DNA of 64,000 nt from Nitrospinaceae bacterium. GTDB lineage: Bacteria > Nitrospinota > Nitrospinia > Nitrospinales > VA-1. Of the stretch, positions 59,622 to 64,000 are shown in pieces; position 1 is the first letter of the stretch; each line of letters opens with the position of its first letter. The stretch lies in the NCBI GenBank assembly GCA_046754465.1, contig JBHHVU010000001.1, positions 95,449-159,448 on the forward strand, in the 5' to 3' direction. A model generated the notes under the pieces. The model had not been told where the DNA came from and searched no databases. It saw nothing but the letters and a program-made list of their open reading frames with translations. Made by a program: the position numbers and the translations under genes.

Positions 59622-61181
59622 ATGGAACCGCAAAAGCTCATCATATTCGACACCACCTTACGTGACGGGGAGCAATGCCCAGGCGCCAGTTTGAATATTA
59701 AGGAAAAACTGGAAATCGCCCGGCAACTTTCCCTGTTGCGGGTGGATGTGATCGAAGCAGGCTTTCCCGCGGCCTCTCCCGGGGATTTTGAATCGGTGAA
59801 GCAGATCGCCGATGAAATTCGCGGGCCCACGATCGCCGGTCTCGCCCGCGCCCTGGAAAAAGATATCGAGGCCTGCGCCCGCTCCCTGGAAAAAGCCGAT
59901 TCGGCGAGGATTCATATTTTCCTCTCCACGTCCAAGACCCACCGGGTCCATATGGTTCAAAAGGCCAAGGAAGAAATCATCGATATGGCCGTGAAAGCCG
60001 TTCGCTTCGGGAAAAAATTCCGCGGCGACATCGAGTTTTCGCCGATGGACGCCTCCCGCACGGAAAAGGAATTCCTGTGCGAGGTTCTCGGCGCGGTGAT
60101 CGAAGCGGGCGCGACCACCCTCAACATCCCCGATACCGTGGGCTACACGATCCCGGACGAGTTTGCCCGGTTGATCCGGTACCTGAAAGAAAACGTTCCC
60201 GGCATCGGCGAGGCGGTGATCAGCGTCCATTGCCACAACGACCTGGGCCTGGCGGTGGCTAATTCCCTCGCAGCGGTGCAGGCGGGGGCGCGCCAGGTCG
60301 AGTGCACCGTCAACGGCATCGGCGAACGCGCCGGCAACGCCGCCATGGAAGAAATCGTCATGGCCCTCAAAACCCGCAAAGATTTCTTCGGCATCGAATC
60401 CGGCGTCGACACCCGGCACATCCATGCCTGCAGCAAGCTGGTGAGCAGCCTCACTGGATTTTTCGTGCAACGCAACAAGGCCATAGTTGGGAAAAACGCT
60501 TTCGCCCATGAGTCGGGGATCCACCAGCACGGGTTCCTCAAACGAAAGGATACTTTCGAAATCATGAATCCCCGGGACGTTGGATTGGACGCCTCGGAAC
60601 TAGTCATGGGGAAACATTCCGGCCGCAACGCCCTGAACCATAAATGCAAGGAATTGGGCTACGACCTGACCCAGAAGGAACTCAATGAAGTGTTTCGGGA
60701 ATTCAAAATTCTCGCGGATGAGAAAAAGGATATCTTCGAAGACGACATCCTCACCCTCATCCAGAAATATAAACTGGTCGAGGACAACCTGAACACCTAC
60801 AGGGTGGAAAAAATCAAGTCCCACTTTGAAACCGGGACCACCCCCGAAGGCACCGTCATGCTGATTAGCCGCGATGGAAACGAGCACACCGCCACCGCGA
60901 CGGGTGACGGCCCGGTCGACGCGATTTACAACGCGATCGACAAGATCACCGGACTCACGTGCAAGCTCCTGGATTACCAGGTGCTGTCCAAAACCCGGGG
61001 AAAAGACGCCCAGGGCGAGGTGACGGTACGGGTGCTTCATGAAAACCGCGAGATCCTGGGCAAGGGAACCGGTGTCAATACCCTGGAAGCCAGCGCGGCC
61101 GCCTACATCAACGCCATCAATAAACTGCTGGTGAAAACCAAGTCGGGTCCGGTGGAAGGCGGCGAAGTCCCCGGCCCCTAA
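59622..61181 (+). CDS. leuA: 2-isopropylmalate synthase
   Basis: FDTTLRDGEQ, HCHNDLG, NGIGERAGN, HESGIHQ, regulatory domain GDGPVDA. Confidence 0.96.
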   Translation: MEPQKLIIFDTTLRDGEQCPGASLNIKEKLEIARQLSLLRVDVIEAGFPAASPGDFESVKQIADEIRGPTIAGLARALEKDIEACARSLEKADSARIHIFLSTSKTHRVHMVQKAKEEIIDMAVKAVRFGKKFRGDIEFSPMDASRTEKEFLCEVLGAVIEAGATTLNIPDTVGYTIPDEFARLIRYLKENVPGIGEAVISVHCHNDLGLAVANSLAAVQAGARQVECTVNGIGERAGNAAMEEIVMALKTRKDFFGIESGVDTRHIHACSKLVSSLTGFFVQRNKAIVGKNAFAHESGIHQHGFLKRKDTFEIMNPRDVGLDASELVMGKHSGRNALNHKCKELGYDLTQKELNEVFREFKILADEKKDIFEDDILTLIQKYKLVEDNLNTYRVEKIKSHFETGTTPEGTVMLISRDGNEHTATATGDGPVDAIYNAIDKITGLTCKLLDYQVLSKTRGKDAQGEVTVRVLHENREILGKGTGVNTLEASAAAYINAINKLLVKTKSGPVEGGEVPGP

Positions 61182-61309
61182 CGCCGCCCCCGGGCTGGGG
61201 CGGAGTGCTTCGGCTGGCAGATGGAGATGCGTTATATGGGGGACAAAGGCCGATAGGCGATTAAAACCCGTCCTTTTTCTTCTGAAGGTAGGGGGGACAT
61301 ATAGAACTT

Positions 61310-62032
61310 ATGAAAAAAGACAACCTCTTCACTCTCACCGCGGCGCCGGAGAAATTCGAGTTCAACGCTTCGGTCGCGCGGGTGTTCGACGACATGCTGG
61401 AGAGAAGCATTCCCTTGTATCGGGAATGCCAGGAAATGGTGATCCGCTGGGCCGCGAAATATGCCCGGGAAGGGTCTTGCGTGTACGACCTGGGCTGTTC
61501 CACGGGCACGCTCCTATCGCTTCTGGCGCATGCACTTGCCGGCCGGGAGGGTCTCCGGCTCGTGGGAGTGGACAACTCCGAACCCATGCTGGACAAGGCG
61601 CGCGGGAAACTCCGGAACGCCCCCCTGCCCTGCCAACTGGTCTGTGCCGACTTGAACGCCGATTTTCCCCTGACCGGGGCGAGCGTGGTGGTGCTGAACT
61701 ACACCCTGCAGTTCCTCCCGCCCGGACGCCGGCCCCGCCTGGCCCAACACATTTACCAGGGGCTGAATCCGGGCGGATGCCTGATCGCCGTCGAAAAGGT
61801 CCACGGCGAAAACGCCGAACTCGACCGATCTTTCGCCGAGTTTCACGACGAATTCAAAATAAGCCGGGGCTACTCGCAACTGGAAATATCCCGCAAACGG
61901 GAAGCCTTGGAGAACGTGCTGACCCCCTGGACATTGGAACAAAACCGCGCTCTGTTGAAAATCGCCGGATTCGCATCCGCCGAGGTTTTTTTCAAATGGA
62001 ATAACTTCGCCGGGTTCGTTGCATTGAAATAA
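61310..62032 (+). CDS. cmoA: Carboxy-S-adenosyl-L-methionine synthase
   Basis: FEFNASVARVFDDMLERSIPLY, YDLGCSTG, NYTLQF, EISRKREALENVL, FKWNNF. Confidence 0.9.
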   Translation: MKKDNLFTLTAAPEKFEFNASVARVFDDMLERSIPLYRECQEMVIRWAAKYAREGSCVYDLGCSTGTLLSLLAHALAGREGLRLVGVDNSEPMLDKARGKLRNAPLPCQLVCADLNADFPLTGASVVVLNYTLQFLPPGRRPRLAQHIYQGLNPGGCLIAVEKVHGENAELDRSFAEFHDEFKISRGYSQLEISRKREALENVLTPWTLEQNRALLKIAGFASAEVFFKWNNFAGFVALK

Positions 62033-62070
62033 AAACTGTTGTAACCTTAACGCTTTACGGAGTCAGGACC

Positions 62071-62253
62071 ATGCCGAGCTACGACCATACCTGCAACAAA
62101 TGCAAAAAAAACTTCGTGGTGGAAATGAGAATTTCCGAGGTCGATAAGAAAAAAGTCACCTGTCCCGAATGCAAATCCCGGGATGTGACGCGCAACGTGA
62201 CAAATTCCTCGTTCACCAGCGAGAGCATCAATCGCTATGTCTGGGATAAATAA
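62071..62253 (+). CDS. FmdB-family zinc-ribbon protein
   Basis: MPSYDHTCNKC...CPECKS; GGAG/AGGA upstream. Confidence 0.85.
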   Translation: MPSYDHTCNKCKKNFVVEMRISEVDKKKVTCPECKSRDVTRNVTNSSFTSESINRYVWDK

Positions 62254-62277
62254 CCGCAACCTTCGATTGGACCATTC

Positions 62278-63411
62278 ATGCTGACTCAGGAAAAACCCGT
62301 CGAAAAAAGTAAACGTGTTCCCGGGCGGATCGGGGAACTGGTCTCCTTTCCCATGCAGCGGATCCATATCGAACTGACCAACGTCTGCAATTTCGATTGC
62401 ACGTTCTGCCCCAAACAGGAAATGACCCGCAAATACGAGTACATGGACTATGACCGCGTCTGCGGGATCATCGATCAGGTCGCCGAGTACAACCTGGCCG
62501 AAAAAATCACCTTCCACGTGATGGGCGAGCCGTTCATGCATCCCAAGTTTTTCGACATCCTCGACCACGCCGCGCAACTGGGGGTCAAGACCGGAATCAC
62601 CACCAACGGCACCTATCTTAATGAGGAAATCGCCGCCCGGCTGGAGAAGGTCACCGTCTCGCAAATGAATATTTCCCTGCAAACGCCGGACGAGGAATCG
62701 TTCAAAACCCGAAAATCGCGGCGCATGGAGTTCGAGGAATACCGGGCCAGCATTCTGAAATTTATCAGCGCCTGTTTGCGGCACGAGACGCCGCCGAAAA
62801 TCAAAGTCCATTTCCTCAACACCAGTATCAAATCCGAGGTGCCCGGGGAAGACTGGTCGCTGGGCACCATGAAGGTGATCAACAACACCCGGGAATTGCG
62901 GAACACCTTTCGCTACTGGGCGCGGGAGGTCCACAAAATCTGCCCGCCCCTGACGGAGCGGGAAATAGCCGAAATCGAGAATCGTATCGACCACCTGTCC
63001 GCCTTCAAATGGAACGTGGTCCCCGTAGCCCCCCATATTTACTTTGAAACCTATATCCTCGATACCTGGGGCAACGCCTTCGCCGAAGACAACGTGCCCA
63101 CCCGCGTGGGGTATTGCAGCGCGTTGACGGATCACTTCGCCATCCTCTGCAACGGCGACCTCACCTACTGCTGCAAGGATTTCGACGGCAAGACCGCGGC
63201 GGGGAACGTGTTCGAGGACCCGATCGTGGACATCTTGAATTCCGGCCCCATAATTGAGGCGATCCAGGGGTTCAAGAAATTGAAAGTGGTGCACCCCCAC
63301 TGTCAGAAATGCCTGGGCGGCAGCACCCGATTAAAATCCATCGGCAACAGTTTGGGATCGATCATCATCTGGAAATACCTCAAGAACTTCTTCTACAAAA
63401 AGAATACCTAA
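62278..63411 (+). CDS. Radical SAM protein with a SPASM/twitch-like C-terminus
   Basis: [13 protein letters not shown] (CxxxCxxC), [25 protein letters not shown]. Confidence 0.9.
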   Translation: MLTQEKPVEKSKRVPGRIGELVSFPMQRIHIELTNVCNFDCTFCPKQEMTRKYEYMDYDRVCGIIDQVAEYNLAEKITFHVMGEPFMHPKFFDILDHAAQLGVKTGITTNGTYLNEEIAARLEKVTVSQMNISLQTPDEESFKTRKSRRMEFEEYRASILKFISACLRHETPPKIKVHFLNTSIKSEVPGEDWSLGTMKVINNTRELRNTFRYWAREVHKICPPLTEREIAEIENRIDHLSAFKWNVVPVAPHIYFETYILDTWGNAFAEDNVPTRVGYCSALTDHFAILCNGDLTYCCKDFDGKTAAGNVFEDPIVDILNSGPIIEAIQGFKKLKVVHPHCQKCLGGSTRLKSIGNSLGSIIIWKYLKNFFYKKNT

Positions 63412-63416
63412 AGAGT

Positions 63417-63493
<77 letters not shown>

Positions 63494-63501
63494 GTAAAAA
63501 C

Positions 63502-63534
63502 AAAGGGTTAACCGGAAACGGTTAACCCTTTTTT
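63502..63534 (+). terminator. Rho-independent terminator after the tRNA
   Basis: AAAGGGTTAACCG-GAAA-CGGTTAACCCTTT followed by T-run. Confidence 0.85.
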
Positions 63535-63722
63535 GCTTGTTTTTGGCCTTGGGTAACGCAGGGGCTGATCCTCATACTGCCTGAACAAAAGCAAAGTAAA
63601 AGCTGAATCTCCTTGGAGTGCCCCTCAAACCCGCCTGTCACCCCGCGGGTAATGCGGCTTTGCTTGAGATCCCCTTTTTCTCCGCGTGCTGAACCACCTC
63701 CGCGTTTCAATCCCCTGCGTCC

Positions 63723-63977
63723 CTATTTGACATTCACGGTCATGATGACAAATTCCTTGTTGAGCCGGGTCCCTTGATGAGGCTCGACATAAGTTCCATC
63801 GTAGTAATACCATTGGAGAGGGGTCATCTTACCCAGTTCCTTGGGTTGCTTCGGCAATTTGGTAACGTCCAGTCCATTGGCAATAAAAGTGGCAGGATCA
63901 AGGTAATAAACAATATCTTCCTGAGTTGTCTCGGGGGTCTCGGAGAAATGGTGGGGCCGCAGTTGCGCTACTGGCAT
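63723..63977 (-). CDS. Hypothetical protein or 3' fragment of a gene entering from beyond the window
   Basis: Protein-like 84-aa ORF; its ATG directly follows an in-frame TAA, and the frame is otherwise open to the window edge. Confidence 0.45.
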   Translation of the reverse strand: MPVAQLRPHHFSETPETTQEDIVYYLDPATFIANGLDVTKLPKQPKELGKMTPLQWYYYDGTYVEPHQGTRLNKEFVIMTVNVK

Positions 63978-64000
63978 TTATAGGAAAAATCTGGGGACCA

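Noticed and set aside
62071..62253. RiPP precursor peptide for the adjacent radical SAM/SPASM enzyme
   Set aside because: It fits the common FmdB zinc-ribbon pattern (MP.Y...CxxC...CPxC); no RRE/PqqD domain, peptidase or exporter is nearby
5872..63300. Long antisense or alternate-frame ORFs (for example 5872-7176, 19386-20654, 20778-21830, 32503-33648, 38574-39827, 45954-47024, 62047-63300)
   Set aside because: They overlap well-supported genes and show no recognisable motifs; typical shadow ORFs of GC-rich DNA

Overview
A 64 kb gene-dense bacterial chromosome segment, mostly GC-rich and mostly housekeeping. Recognisable genes are ampG, alr, pyrD, rph, nth, ilvN-ilvC, psd-pssA, accD, rocD, moaCDE, an AddAB-type helicase/nuclease pair, gltBD, leuA, cmoA and tRNA-Pro(CGG). 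The gene content suggests a diderm organism, possibly Nitrospinota or deltaproteobacteria-like; this is an unverified inference. No CRISPR array, rRNA, integrase, transposase or prophage is visible. The best candidate for an undescribed system is 13.8-19.3 kb, a same-strand run of four genes: a MotB/PomB-like stator subunit with a ~290-aa cytoplasmic coiled-coil extension, a class I adenylate cyclase, a MotA/PomA-like subunit and a pentapeptide-repeat protein. No other flagellar gene is in the window. Other notable items: an internally deleted group IIC intron (2391-2628) that keeps both termini and sits behind a terminator; a bactofilin-TM-TPR fusion; a PCP_red-domain/ChdC(HemQ)-like fusion; a MoaD with a Ser after its Gly-Gly; and a sigma54-type promoter with twin palindromes ahead of gltB. 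All family assignments come from motif recognition by eye, and no searches were run.
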